A stretch of DNA of 64,000 nt from Spirochaetales bacterium. GTDB lineage: Bacteria; Spirochaetota; Spirochaetia; JABEVK01. The notes beneath the pieces are model-generated. The model saw only the letters and a program-made list of their open reading frames with translations, had not been told where the DNA came from and searched no databases. Each line of letters starts with the position of its first letter. Position 1 is the stretch's first letter. Shown one piece after another: positions 55,125 through 64,000 of the stretch. A program made the position numbers and the translations under genes. The stretch lies in the NCBI GenBank assembly GCA_037142615.1, contig JBAXAI010000002.1:128001-192000 (forward strand), written 5' to 3'.

Positions 55125-55669
55125 AACAGGTTCTGGTCGTTCTGGCACCCGGCTTCGAGGAACTCGAGGCCGTGGCTCCGATTGACCTGGGCCGCCGAGC
55201 CGGCCTGATCGTTACCATCGCCGGGCTCGATTCCTTGACGGTCACCAGCAAGCGCGGGCTGACCGTCACCTGCGACGAGCTTCTGGACCCCCAAAAGCGC
55301 CATTGGGACGCCCTTGTGCTCCCGGGCGGGCTTCCAGGGGCCGACCATCTCGCAGCCTCCCCCAAAATAGCTGAGCTTTTGGCGTGGTTTGAAACCGAAG
55401 GCCGGTGGATTGCCGCTATCTGCGCGGCGCCTGCCCGGGTGCTTGGTTCCCAAGGCCTGCTGAAAGGTCGTCGATGGACAGGTTTCCCCGGAACTGACGA
55501 CCAGGCCTTCGGTGGGTTCTACCAGAGCTCACCGGTCGTCGTCGATGGTCACGTGTTGACCAGCCGTGGTGTAGGTACGGCAACCGAGTTCTCGCTGAAA
55601 CTGATCAGCCTGCTGCTGGGTGAAGTGGTGGCCACGCGTGTGGCCCGGGAAACGCTCCTAGCGGACTAG
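55121..55669 (+). CDS. DJ-1/ThiJ/YajL family protein
   Basis: GFEELEA, LPGG..GA, AICAAP, TSRG.GT. Confidence 0.92.
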   Translation: MKQVLVVLAPGFEELEAVAPIDLGRRAGLIVTIAGLDSLTVTSKRGLTVTCDELLDPQKRHWDALVLPGGLPGADHLAASPKIAELLAWFETEGRWIAAICAAPARVLGSQGLLKGRRWTGFPGTDDQAFGGFYQSSPVVVDGHVLTSRGVGTATEFSLKLISLLLGEVVATRVARETLLAD

Positions 55670-55780
55670 GGTCGCTGGAGCCTCGGCCGTCGCTCCCGCA
55701 GGGCCCGCGCCATCGTCGATGGCACCGACAAAGGTAAAGACGGCCAGCATCAAAACCAGACCAATCATGAACTTACGCAT
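55658..55780 (-). CDS. 40-aa exported small peptide (not in ORF track)
   Basis: GGAGGTG RBS; MRKFMIGLVLMLAVFTFVGAIDDGAGPAGATAEAPATLVR. Confidence 0.55.
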   Translation of the reverse strand: MRKFMIGLVLMLAVFTFVGAIDDGAGPAGATAEAPATLVR

Positions 55781-55855
55781 ATCACCTCCATGTGATGACG
55801 GCCAACTTGGTGGCCGTCGGGGCATTTATCGGCATCCTGCCTGCCCCGTGCAAAC

Positions 55856-56953
55856 TCAGTACAAGTAATTCAGCGGATTCAAAGGGTTGTTCCATTTGAA
55901 GATCGAGAAGTGCAGGTGTGTACCGGTGCTGTAGCCGGTGTTGCCCATCAGGCCGATCTGTTGGCCCTGGTTGACGTATTGGCCGGCTGACACCACAAAC
56001 TTCTTGAGGTGGCCGTACAACGTTTGGAAGCCGCCCTCGTGACTGACAAGTATGTAGTTGCCGTACGACGAATTGAACCCAGTGTCTGTGACGCGGCCTT
56101 CCATGGCTGCCCGGACGGCGGTTCCCATCGAGTTCGCAAAGTCCACCCCATTGTGGAAGGTTCGGATTCCGGTGAAGGGGTCCTTGCGGGTACCAAAACG
56201 GCTGGTGATGACACCATTGGTAGGCAGGATGAACAGCTCCCCAAGGGCTTCCCGGAGGTCTCGGGCCGAAAGACTGGCGCCGGGAAGGAAGACTTTTTGC
56301 CCGGGAGCAAGAACGGGCGTGGTAAGCCGGTTGGCCTCGAGAATTGTCTCGTAGGCGATCTTCCAGGTGCGCGCCAAGCCCGAGAGGCTGTCGCCTTTCT
56401 GTACGGTATACAACACTCCCACCGAGTTCGGGATCTTCAGGTCCGTTCCGATGCCGACCCGCCGGACATTCTTGATGCCATTGAAGCTGATCAGCGTGCT
56501 GAGGTTGAGGTTGTACTTATTGGCGATGGCCGAGAGCATATCACCCTTTTGAAGCACGTAGCTTTGCAGTTCGAGGGGAGGGGCCTTCTCGTTGGATACG
56601 GCCTGCTCGATTGTCATCGGCTCTGAGTCGTCTACCAGCAGCCTTCCCAGATCGGGCGCGTTGAGCAGAAGGTGGGGGAGCTTGATGTCCTGCGGAAAGT
56701 CCATGCCCGCGGGGAGGCGGAAGTCGCGAGCCGGCATCAGCACCGGAGACAGGAGGCCCAGCAGCAGGATAAACGTGAGCACCGCCATGCCGAACGGAAG
56801 AACCTGGAAAGGATTTCCCTCGAGTCGTTCGCGGAGCGTGCTGTCAAGCAAACGGAAGTTGTTGGGAACAGCCACTGCCCAAACCTGGGGCCGGTCAGCT
56901 CGTGGGGCATTGGGGCGTTTCTGAACGTTCTGAATCTGCATTGAAACCTTCAT
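55856..56953 (-). CDS. LysM-LysM-M23 peptidoglycan endopeptidase
   Basis: YVLQKGD/YTVQKGD LysM repeats, HNGVDF, HLHF. Confidence 0.93.
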   Translation of the reverse strand: MKVSMQIQNVQKRPNAPRADRPQVWAVAVPNNFRLLDSTLRERLEGNPFQVLPFGMAVLTFILLLGLLSPVLMPARDFRLPAGMDFPQDIKLPHLLLNAPDLGRLLVDDSEPMTIEQAVSNEKAPPLELQSYVLQKGDMLSAIANKYNLNLSTLISFNGIKNVRRVGIGTDLKIPNSVGVLYTVQKGDSLSGLARTWKIAYETILEANRLTTPVLAPGQKVFLPGASLSARDLREALGELFILPTNGVITSRFGTRKDPFTGIRTFHNGVDFANSMGTAVRAAMEGRVTDTGFNSSYGNYILVSHEGGFQTLYGHLKKFVVSAGQYVNQGQQIGLMGNTGYSTGTHLHFSIFKWNNPLNPLNYLY

Positions 56954-57002
56954 GCGCTCTCCCGTGGTTTCAGTATCGACAACCCCGGGTCACTTGATTA
57001 AT

Positions 57003-57512
57003 ATGAATCCTCGTATGAAGAAGCAGGGCAGGGTCTACCTGCTGATATTCCCCGTCTGCGCTGTCCTCATCGTCGCCGTCCAATCGTTGTTGGTGACCTT
57101 CGTCCAGGTAAAGGGCAACTCGATGGTTCCCACTTACCACGATGGGCAGGTCCTGCTCGTCAACCGGGCGGCTTTCGGGATCCGGTGGCCTATCATAGGA
57201 GATTCCGCTCTTTTCTGGAACCCCCCCCGCGACGGCGATGTCGTGGTCCTTCGCCGACCCGACACGTCACGGCTCGTGGTCAAGCGAGTGGTCGCGACGG
57301 GAGGCCAGGAGCTGTCTGTGAACTCGCATCAACTCCAGACTGCATCGAGGCTTGTTTCACTTTCCGAGGCCCAGGAATACTGGCTTTCTTCTGTTCGCAA
57401 AGTGCCTGCAGAAAGCCTGTTGGTCGTCGGCGACAACGCGGTTGACTCGGAGGATTCGCGCGACTGGGGCTTTGTTCCGCTTGACAACATCATAGGCGCT
57501 CCATGGCAATAA
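57003..57512 (+). CDS. lepB: Signal peptidase I
   Basis: GNSMVPT, VVKRVVA, GDN...SEDSRDWG. Confidence 0.9.
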   Translation: MNPRMKKQGRVYLLIFPVCAVLIVAVQSLLVTFVQVKGNSMVPTYHDGQVLLVNRAAFGIRWPIIGDSALFWNPPRDGDVVVLRRPDTSRLVVKRVVATGGQELSVNSHQLQTASRLVSLSEAQEYWLSSVRKVPAESLLVVGDNAVDSEDSRDWGFVPLDNIIGAPWQ

Positions 57513-59386
57513 AGCCTCGATTACCGCTACAGTTAGGCAGTCGTTCGTGGATCTTCCTGGGTCTGACCGGCTTGGTCGCGTTGCTCTTGCTGGGGCAGTA
57601 CGCCTGGATCATGCTCTTCCCTCCGGTGGGTGCGACCCCCGGGCTCACGTTCACCCAGGTGGAGCGCGGACCCATTCTCGACCGGGAAGGTCGCCTGCTG
57701 GCGGTGACCAACCGGGTCGATACTGCCACGGTTTGGAGGCCTCAGCTCCAGAACCCTCAGCAGGAGGCCGCGCAGTTGGCCGGCCTTCTCAATATTGACG
57801 CCAGCGACCTCACCGAGAAGCTTTCCAATGGACCGCAGTTTCAGTACCTCAAACGAAAGCTGACGCAAAAAGAGAGCACGGCGCTGCGGGAGCTCAAAGC
57901 AAAGGGTGACCTGGCGGGAGTCAACCTTGTGCAGGAGTTTGGCCGAAGCTACCCGGAAGGCGCGCTGGCCGCTTCGCTTCTGGGCTACGTCGGTGTCGAT
58001 AACATTGGTCTTGCCGGCATCGAGTACACGTTCAACAATGTGTTGGCCCCTGCCATCATTGGGAAAACTGACGAAAAGACGGGCGCCTCGGTATACCTGA
58101 CGCTGGATTCTGTTTTGCAGTACGAAGCCGAGAAGATCGCCGCCACCACCCTTGAGACCAACCAGGCAACCCGGGTCAACATCCTGGTCAGCGACGCGAA
58201 GAGCGGAGAGATTCTGGTGTGGGCCACCAGCCCCGGGTTCGACCTCAATCATGTCCAGGGGGTTCCCGACGAGGTGCGGAACAACGCCCTGCAAACGCGA
58301 GCCTATGAGCCCGGTTCGGTTTTCAAAGTCTTCTCGCTGTCGACCATGCTCGATGCTGGCGTGCTCAAGCCCACCGACACCTTTGAGGCCAACGGCTTCT
58401 ATGAACACACCATTGCCAGCACGGGTGAGGTGATTCGCATCCGTGACTTGGCCTCGTACGGACGCATCGATGTTGCGGGCATCCTGCTGCATTCTTCGAA
58501 CGCAGGCACTGGCTACGCGTCGGACCGCATCGAAGCGGCACCTTTCGAGGCGGGCCTCCGCCGGTACGGGTTCGGGCAGTCGACCGCGATCTCGCTCAAC
58601 GGCGAAACCCCGGGAATCCTTCAGCCCTCGACCACGTGGTCGGGACGCTCCAAGCCGACCATTGCCATGGGCCAGGAAATCGGCGTTTCGGCGCTGCAGA
58701 TTGTCCAGGCAGCGTCGGTCTTGGCAAACGCGGGGGTCATGGTGAAGCCTTGGGTGGTCAGCCGGGTGGTTTCGGCCACCGGAGAGGTGCTGGTCGAGAA
58801 CTCCCGTACCGAGGTCCGCCAGGTCATCCAGGCCAAGACGGCGGCACTCGTGCTCGACATGCTCAAGGGCACGGTGGAAACCGGTACCGGCAAGCGTGCT
58901 CGCATTGAAGGCTATGACTTGGCAGGCAAGACGGGAACCGCTCAAGTTCGCGACCCGGCCACCGGCCGCTATTCCGACCTGAACTATTTGGCGTCTGTCC
59001 TGTTATACCTGCCGGCCGAGGCTCCCCGCTACATCATCTACCTGACGATAGAGCATCCACTGGGGGCCAGTTACCTCGGAGGGCAAATTGCCGCGCCCGT
59101 GGGCAAGCAGATCGCTGAAAAGCTGATTCAGCTCAAAGCGCTTCCCCGAACCGGCGAGGACGTGGTCAGCCACAGCGGTTCGGTCAGGGTCGAGGTGCCC
59201 AAGCCGCTGGTCATCGGCGACTCCTTGCCCGACCTGACAGGGCTTTCCAAGCGCGCCTTGCTCCCCTTGTTGAGCCGCCCGGATCTGCAGGTTCGCCTTC
59301 AGGGCCAGGGCTGGGTCGTGCGGCAAAGTCCTGCGGCGGGTACCCCGCTGACGGCAGGGCTCGTGGTGACGGTCGAGCTGGAATGA
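57503..59386 (+). CDS. ftsI: Class B penicillin-binding protein (FtsI/PBP3) with PASTA domain
   Basis: RGPILDR, YEPGSVFK, SSN, KTGTAQ. Confidence 0.88.
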   Translation: MAIKPRLPLQLGSRSWIFLGLTGLVALLLLGQYAWIMLFPPVGATPGLTFTQVERGPILDREGRLLAVTNRVDTATVWRPQLQNPQQEAAQLAGLLNIDASDLTEKLSNGPQFQYLKRKLTQKESTALRELKAKGDLAGVNLVQEFGRSYPEGALAASLLGYVGVDNIGLAGIEYTFNNVLAPAIIGKTDEKTGASVYLTLDSVLQYEAEKIAATTLETNQATRVNILVSDAKSGEILVWATSPGFDLNHVQGVPDEVRNNALQTRAYEPGSVFKVFSLSTMLDAGVLKPTDTFEANGFYEHTIASTGEVIRIRDLASYGRIDVAGILLHSSNAGTGYASDRIEAAPFEAGLRRYGFGQSTAISLNGETPGILQPSTTWSGRSKPTIAMGQEIGVSALQIVQAASVLANAGVMVKPWVVSRVVSATGEVLVENSRTEVRQVIQAKTAALVLDMLKGTVETGTGKRARIEGYDLAGKTGTAQVRDPATGRYSDLNYLASVLLYLPAEAPRYIIYLTIEHPLGASYLGGQIAAPVGKQIAEKLIQLKALPRTGEDVVSHSGSVRVEVPKPLVIGDSLPDLTGLSKRALLPLLSRPDLQVRLQGQGWVVRQSPAAGTPLTAGLVVTVELE

Positions 59387-61095
59387 ACTGGCTCGAGGTG
59401 AACCTTGCGGTGCTGGAAGGCCGCTTTTCGGGCATAAGCAAGGAAATCCTGAGTCAAATCGCACCCATCGAACGGCCTGAGTTTCTCGACGCGAAGTCGG
59501 GCGCACGGACGGCACGCTGGAAGGGGCTCACGTGGGCGAGCACCTTTGATCCGGCGGCCGAAGCCCGCAAGACCCTGCCTGTCCTGACGGCCGAAACCGA
59601 CTTTGCCGTGGTCGGTGGGTTCGGCATGGGCTACTGGGCCGAAGCCCTTCGCGAAGAGCATCCGGACTTGCCAGTCGTTGTTGCCGAGCCGGATCCATGG
59701 TGGTTGGGGCAGGTTCTTGCGCAACGCGACCTGCGGTCGTTGTTGGCAGACCCGTTCGTCAGTTTCGTTCTCGGTGGTTCACCGCAGCAAATTGGTGACT
59801 ACCTGGGGCGCTTCGTGTGCCGCAACATTGCTTGGCTGCCCCACCGCCCGACCTTCGCCCTGCATTCGGTGTGGATGAACGGACTCGAAGCAGCGCTGGC
59901 CGATTTTCAGGCTCTCAGCCGGGTCAACCGGGCTACGCTGGACCGTTTCGCCGGGCTGTGGTTGCGCAACTTCGCCCGGAATGAGGCCCTGTGGGACTCC
60001 CCGCTCAGCGCACCGATTGCCGTCGGACGCTTGGCCGGCCTGGCCCCCGGCTCACGGGTGGTGATCGCCGCTGCCGGGCCCTCGCTGGGTGGCAGTTTGG
60101 ACTGGCTGAAGCGGCACCGAAGCCAAGTGCTTCTGATAGCAGTAGATACGAGCTGGAACACCTTGAAGCAGGCGGGTCTTGTCCCGGATTTTGTTGTGAT
60201 TATGGACGGCCAATACTGGAACGCCCGCCATGTCGATCCGCCCGTGGAGGCGCCGACCCGCATTGTGTGCGAAGGCGTCAGTCACCCGTCAACGCTCCGC
60301 CTGGCCCCGGAGCGGACCTACGTCGCCGCTACCAGCGTCCCCCTGCTTCGCTCCCGCGAAGAACGTGTGTGGGGCGAACTGGGAACTCTCCGGTCCGGAG
60401 GCTCGGTAGCCACCACGGCCTGGTCGTTGGCGCTTCTCTTGGGCGCCACGGAAGTCGTCTTTTGCGGCCTCGATCTTGGTTATCCCAAGGGCGGCAGCCA
60501 CGTTCAGGGCAGTCAGTTTGAAGAGCGAAAGCACCGTTTGGCCCGACGACTTCAACCGGCCGAAACCTGGGGCCACTCGTGGCTGGGCGAGCCCGGGTTG
60601 GTCCAGCGTCTTGCCACCACCGGGGGGCAGATCCTTTCGGACCCAAGGATGGACCTCTACCGCTCCTGGTTGGCCCTCTCGGTCGCAGAACATCCCGAGG
60701 TGACCGCCTGGAACCTGAGCCCCATCGGTTCACGAGTGCCTGGCCTGAGTACACCCCCAGCCCGTCTTGGCGAAGATTGGCCTCAACAACCAGTTCCCCG
60801 CTGGCCAGAGGGACCTCGTCTGGTGAGCCGCAGCGAAGTTCCCGACGCGACCAGCCTCCCACTACCGCTGGCGTTCCCCGCCGAAATGGGGCGCGCCTGG
60901 GTTGAGGCTTGGGAACTCAGGGGGCAGCGCTTGTGGGGACAAGGCTGGGAACTCGTGGCCGGACCTGCTCTTCGGACCTGGAAGCTGTTTCCGTCAGCAC
61001 GGAGCCTTCGAGCGCTTCGGGAAAGCTGGGACCTCGAGCAAACGCTGGAAAGTCAGATTTTCCGTTCAAGTCCTGCGGGGGCCGTCCGATCATGA
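59383..61095 (+). CDS. Motility-associated factor (Maf)/MptE-like protein
   Basis: AAAGPSL, AVDT, PDFVVIMDGQ, GGSVATTA, GLDLGY...H..G. Confidence 0.82.
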   Translation: MNWLEVNLAVLEGRFSGISKEILSQIAPIERPEFLDAKSGARTARWKGLTWASTFDPAAEARKTLPVLTAETDFAVVGGFGMGYWAEALREEHPDLPVVVAEPDPWWLGQVLAQRDLRSLLADPFVSFVLGGSPQQIGDYLGRFVCRNIAWLPHRPTFALHSVWMNGLEAALADFQALSRVNRATLDRFAGLWLRNFARNEALWDSPLSAPIAVGRLAGLAPGSRVVIAAAGPSLGGSLDWLKRHRSQVLLIAVDTSWNTLKQAGLVPDFVVIMDGQYWNARHVDPPVEAPTRIVCEGVSHPSTLRLAPERTYVAATSVPLLRSREERVWGELGTLRSGGSVATTAWSLALLLGATEVVFCGLDLGYPKGGSHVQGSQFEERKHRLARRLQPAETWGHSWLGEPGLVQRLATTGGQILSDPRMDLYRSWLALSVAEHPEVTAWNLSPIGSRVPGLSTPPARLGEDWPQQPVPRWPEGPRLVSRSEVPDATSLPLPLAFPAEMGRAWVEAWELRGQRLWGQGWELVAGPALRTWKLFPSARSLRALRESWDLEQTLESQIFRSSPAGAVRS

Positions 61096-61120
61096 AAGGG
61101 AGCTCAAAAAGCCACTAAAG

Positions 61121-61158
61121 CGGTATGCCGTCGACGTCCAGAGGCATACCGTTTTTTT
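61121..61158 (+). terminator. Intrinsic terminator
   Basis: CGGTATGCC...GGCATACCG stem followed by T7. Confidence 0.75.
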
Positions 61159-61184
61159 ATGCTCGGCTGGGCAGAAACTTCAGG

Positions 61185-61602
61185 CTACAATTCAAAACTC
61201 AAGACGCGGTTATTGAGCTCATCACCGACAACCAGCCTCGTATCGTCGAGGTACACCCCCCCACTGCCGCTGCTCAGGGTCGTGGACGAGGTGCCGCTTG
61301 CGGTGCTCGCGAAATCCGCCTGCCCGAGGACTAGGTCGGCCGCCTGGCCGGTTGTGTGCCCTGAGGGCGGTCACCGAGGTTCCCGCAGGAAGGCTCACGG
61401 CGATCGTCGTCGTACTCTCTGAAACCGTACCGGTTGCAGAGACAGTCAAGGCGCTGTTGAGGGCAGCCGAGAAGCCGAACGCGGTGATCTGTTTCATGGA
61501 CGAGAGGCCCGTCTGGGGTCCCAGACCCAGAAACTGACAGCCGAGGAGCAGAGCCGTTAACAGAACGAGTGAAGAGGCCTTCAGAAAGGTGACTAATTTC
61601 AT
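61185..61602 (-). pseudogene. Internally deleted lipoprotein gene (Ig/DUF5018-like start joined out of frame to a terminal NHL repeat)
   Basis: Lipobox LLGC; KQITAFGF...GTSVTAL; then in another frame GQAADLVLGQADF...RLVVGDELNNRVLSFEL*. Confidence 0.7.
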
Positions 61603-61774
61603 AATAATACTCTCCTAAGCTGAGAGTTCACCCACCCACTAATCTTGTCAAGAATTATCTCCAAAATGTTAATAATAGCCAAAAGCTCCAGTCTGGAAGT
61701 CGGCAAGGGTGCGATTTCCCACGCCGGGACTTTCCCGCTTGGCCAGCACGGCGTTTGTGCGCTATCTGTAATCC

Positions 61775-62281
61775 ATGAACATCCTGTTTGTCTGTACCGG
61801 TAACATCTGCCGGTCCCCCCTCGCGGAAGTGATCTTTCGCGAGCTGGTGCGCAACGAAGGGCTGGAAGCAGAAATCCTGGTCGACTCGGCGGGCACGGAA
61901 GGCTACCACGAGGGAGACCCGGCCGACGAAAGGTCGCGACGCACGGCGCGGAGCCGGGGCCTGGAAATTACTCACCGGTCCCGGGAAATCCGAGCGACAG
62001 ATTTCACCAAGTTTGACCGGATCATCGCCATGGACTCCCACAACCTGAGAGACCTGCAGCGTCTGGCCCGGGGTGAGCGGGAACGGCGGAAGATCAGCCT
62101 GCTCAGAGATTTCGACCCCAGCGGTCCCGGCGACGTGCCTGATCCTTACTACGGGTCGCTCGACGACTTCGAAATGGTGTGGCATATGTGCGAGCGGTCG
62201 GCGCCCCGTCTGCTGGACTACCTGAAGGCCTTCGGCCTGGAAGCGTTCGAGGAGCCTACGGGCCGTCTCACGGGCCGGTAA
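61775..62281 (+). CDS. Low-molecular-weight protein-tyrosine phosphatase
   Basis: VCTGNICRS, DPYY. Confidence 0.95.
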   Translation: MNILFVCTGNICRSPLAEVIFRELVRNEGLEAEILVDSAGTEGYHEGDPADERSRRTARSRGLEITHRSREIRATDFTKFDRIIAMDSHNLRDLQRLARGERERRKISLLRDFDPSGPGDVPDPYYGSLDDFEMVWHMCERSAPRLLDYLKAFGLEAFEEPTGRLTGR

Positions 62282-62990
62282 GGCCGCCGAAGCCGAGCGC
62301 AGCGATCCCCAGGGCCAGGCTGCACGCGGTTTCGGTCCGCAAGACCGAGGTGCCCAGCGAGGCGGAACTCCAGCCAGCAGTCTCGAAGCTGAGTTGCTCG
62401 CGGTCGCTCCAGCCCCTCTCGGGCCCGATGGCCAACCACAGGGGTCCGTTCTGAGTCAGTACCGGGTGCGAGGTCCACGGGGCCGCCTGTTCCCGGAAGC
62501 ATACCCGCCGGCCCGAAGAAATCAGGCTCAAGGCGGTGGACAGCCGTTGGTGTCGTTCAACCTGCGGCAAGCGGGTTCCCCGGTTCTGGGCCGCACCCTC
62601 CTTGAGCGCGTTTCGCCACTCGCCCTTCCACAAGGTACTCTGAAGGTAGGACTTATCACCCAGGTCGGTGGCGACAAAGTGCAGTTCGCAGGCGCCTAGA
62701 GTCGTCAGGTCTTTGAGAAGCCGCCGGGCGGTAGGAGGTCGCGGAGTGCCGATGAGCAACCGGATCTCCAGGAGGGCGGGCGGCTCAAGGGTGAACTCCT
62801 GTTCGCCGACTGCCAGGCCGGAGGCTCCCACCGACAAAAGGGCGGCGGTCCCCTTGCGCCCTTCCACCTCACCGGCCACAAAACGGTCTCCCGGAACCAG
62901 TTTCAGAATCTCGAGCAGATGCAGGGCTCGTGGGTCGCGGCGGTCCAGGGTTCCCGGCAGTTCGCCGGGTTCGAATAGCACCAGGTTCAT
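62268..62990 (-). CDS. rsmE: 16S rRNA m3U1498 methyltransferase RsmE family
   Basis: IGPERGWS, LG..VLRTETA. Confidence 0.88.
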   Translation of the reverse strand: MNLVLFEPGELPGTLDRRDPRALHLLEILKLVPGDRFVAGEVEGRKGTAALLSVGASGLAVGEQEFTLEPPALLEIRLLIGTPRPPTARRLLKDLTTLGACELHFVATDLGDKSYLQSTLWKGEWRNALKEGAAQNRGTRLPQVERHQRLSTALSLISSGRRVCFREQAAPWTSHPVLTQNGPLWLAIGPERGWSDREQLSFETAGWSSASLGTSVLRTETACSLALGIAALGFGGLTGP

Positions 62991-63035
62991 GGATTTTTCC
63001 CTTGCGATAGTGTATTGTCGCTGTCGGGGGTACCC

Positions 63036-63335
63036 ATGCCATTGAAAGGATACCAGCGGGGCTATTTAACCCGGAAAGCGCACCCGTTGCAACCGGTTGT
63101 GCAGATCGGAAAGAACGGCCTCACCGCAGAAGTCACCAAGGCCATCGACAAGGCACTGGATGACCACGAGCTCATCAAGGTGAAGTTCGTCCAGTTTCAG
63201 GACGAACGCGTGGAAATGGCCCGCGGCCTTGCCGAAACTCTCGAAACGACCCTTGTTCGGGTTGTGGGCAACATTGCCATTTATTACCGTCACCAACCAG
63301 ACCCCCAGAAGCGGGTGGTCCACCTGCCGAAGTGA
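63036..63335 (+). CDS. yhbY: YhbY/CRM RNA-binding protein
   Basis: AHPLQPVVQIGKNG...HELIKVK. Confidence 0.92.
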   Translation: MPLKGYQRGYLTRKAHPLQPVVQIGKNGLTAEVTKAIDKALDDHELIKVKFVQFQDERVEMARGLAETLETTLVRVVGNIAIYYRHQPDPQKRVVHLPK

Positions 63336-63348
63336 TCGCGGAGGCCGC

Positions 63349-64000
63349 ATGACCCTATTCCAAGTGAGGGCCGTTTGCGCCCTGTTTGTTGTGTTTGTCG
63401 CGGGAACGCTGAGCGCCCAAAACCTTGCCGAGGATGTGCTCAAGGGCAAGGAAATCCAAGGCATCGAGTTCAAGAGCTATGTAGGACCCCACAAGGTCAT
63501 TGAAAGTCGGCTCGCCATCCAGGGCATCGGCACCGAGTTGGGAACGCAGCTCAAGGCGGGCGGCACGGCGGCCGACTATGGCGGTAAGTATCGTCTCACG
63601 CGGTTGGTCGATCCCGCTTCCGCTCTGCTGAGCGCTGATCTGTTTGTGCTGGACGCGACGGCGGGTGTGGATCACATCCGCAACCTCAACTGGATCCTTT
63701 CGGCCTATTTGCAACAGGCGTTCGGCTACGCCCTGGCGGATGCCGACCTGCTGGCCGACTTCATCACCCGCTACAACGCCTTCTACCGGGGCAAGACCGA
63801 TTACTTTCCTCAGTACTACTCGCCCTTGATCACGGCCGCCTTGGTCCCGCCGGAATCGGCCGGGCTGGCCCTGGACTACCGCGACTGGCCGGGAAAAACG
63901 CGCATGCTGATTCCGCTGCGCAGCAGCCTCTCCAAGGGAGTTGCCGGCAGCGTGAACACCGAGGAGATCTCCAACAAGGCCATCGTCACCGATATGGGCA
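63349..64000 (+). CDS. P83/100 family spirochaete protein (partial; runs off window)
   Basis: Manual translation from ATG 63349: signal peptide, IEFKSYVGPH, ADLFVL...GVDHIRNL..ILSAYL..AFGY...DA..LA.FIT.YNA.YRG, WPGKT. Confidence 0.85.
   Translation, partial: MTLFQVRAVCALFVVFVAGTLSAQNLAEDVLKGKEIQGIEFKSYVGPHKVIESRLAIQGIGTELGTQLKAGGTAADYGGKYRLTRLVDPASALLSADLFVLDATAGVDHIRNLNWILSAYLQQAFGYALADADLLADFITRYNAFYRGKTDYFPQYYSPLITAALVPPESAGLALDYRDWPGKTRMLIPLRSSLSKGVAGSVNTEEISNKAIVTDMG

Noticed and set aside
1-64000. Numerous long antisense or alternate-frame ORFs in the track (e.g. 11442-13031 +, 13092-15374 +, 17363-19720 -, 21361-23112 -)
   Set aside because: They shadow well-supported genes, lack motifs, and are expected in high-GC DNA with few stop codons

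Overview
GC-rich bacterial chromosomal segment, almost certainly from a spirochaete (P83/100 homologue at the right edge, long spirochaete-type RecJ, Maf paralogues, FGE/CLec surface protein). The backbone is housekeeping: satP, lon, recO, pyrimidine-nucleoside phosphorylase, recJ, rpsU, rocF, argA, rnz, a GldAFG-like ABC system, a DEAD-box helicase, lepB, ftsI, rsmE and yhbY. Four things stand out. (1) A tightly coupled six-gene operon of unknown function at 3139-10113: SPFH plus four zinc ribbons, a 4-TM protein, a large coiled-coil/hydrophobic-hairpin protein, two paralogous coiled-coil proteins and a beta-helix protein, with a convergent XpaC-like gene. It is a candidate undescribed membrane-scaffold, stress or defence system. 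(2) A secreted caspase-CLec(FGE) fusion at 30990-33770 whose 3' end has the codon signature and downstream hairpin expected of a diversity-generating retroelement (DGR) variable region; no template repeat or reverse transcriptase was found in the window. (3) An accessory patch (about 30.8-40.0 kb) with toxin-antitoxin modules, a duplicated promoter block, an unnamed two-gene TA-like pair and structured palindromic elements. (4) A gene interrupted at an A10 slippery tract (50378-50387), a candidate for programmed frameshifting or slippage. No rRNA, tRNA, CRISPR array, integrase or transposase was recognised. All family calls are by eye from motifs; no searches were run.
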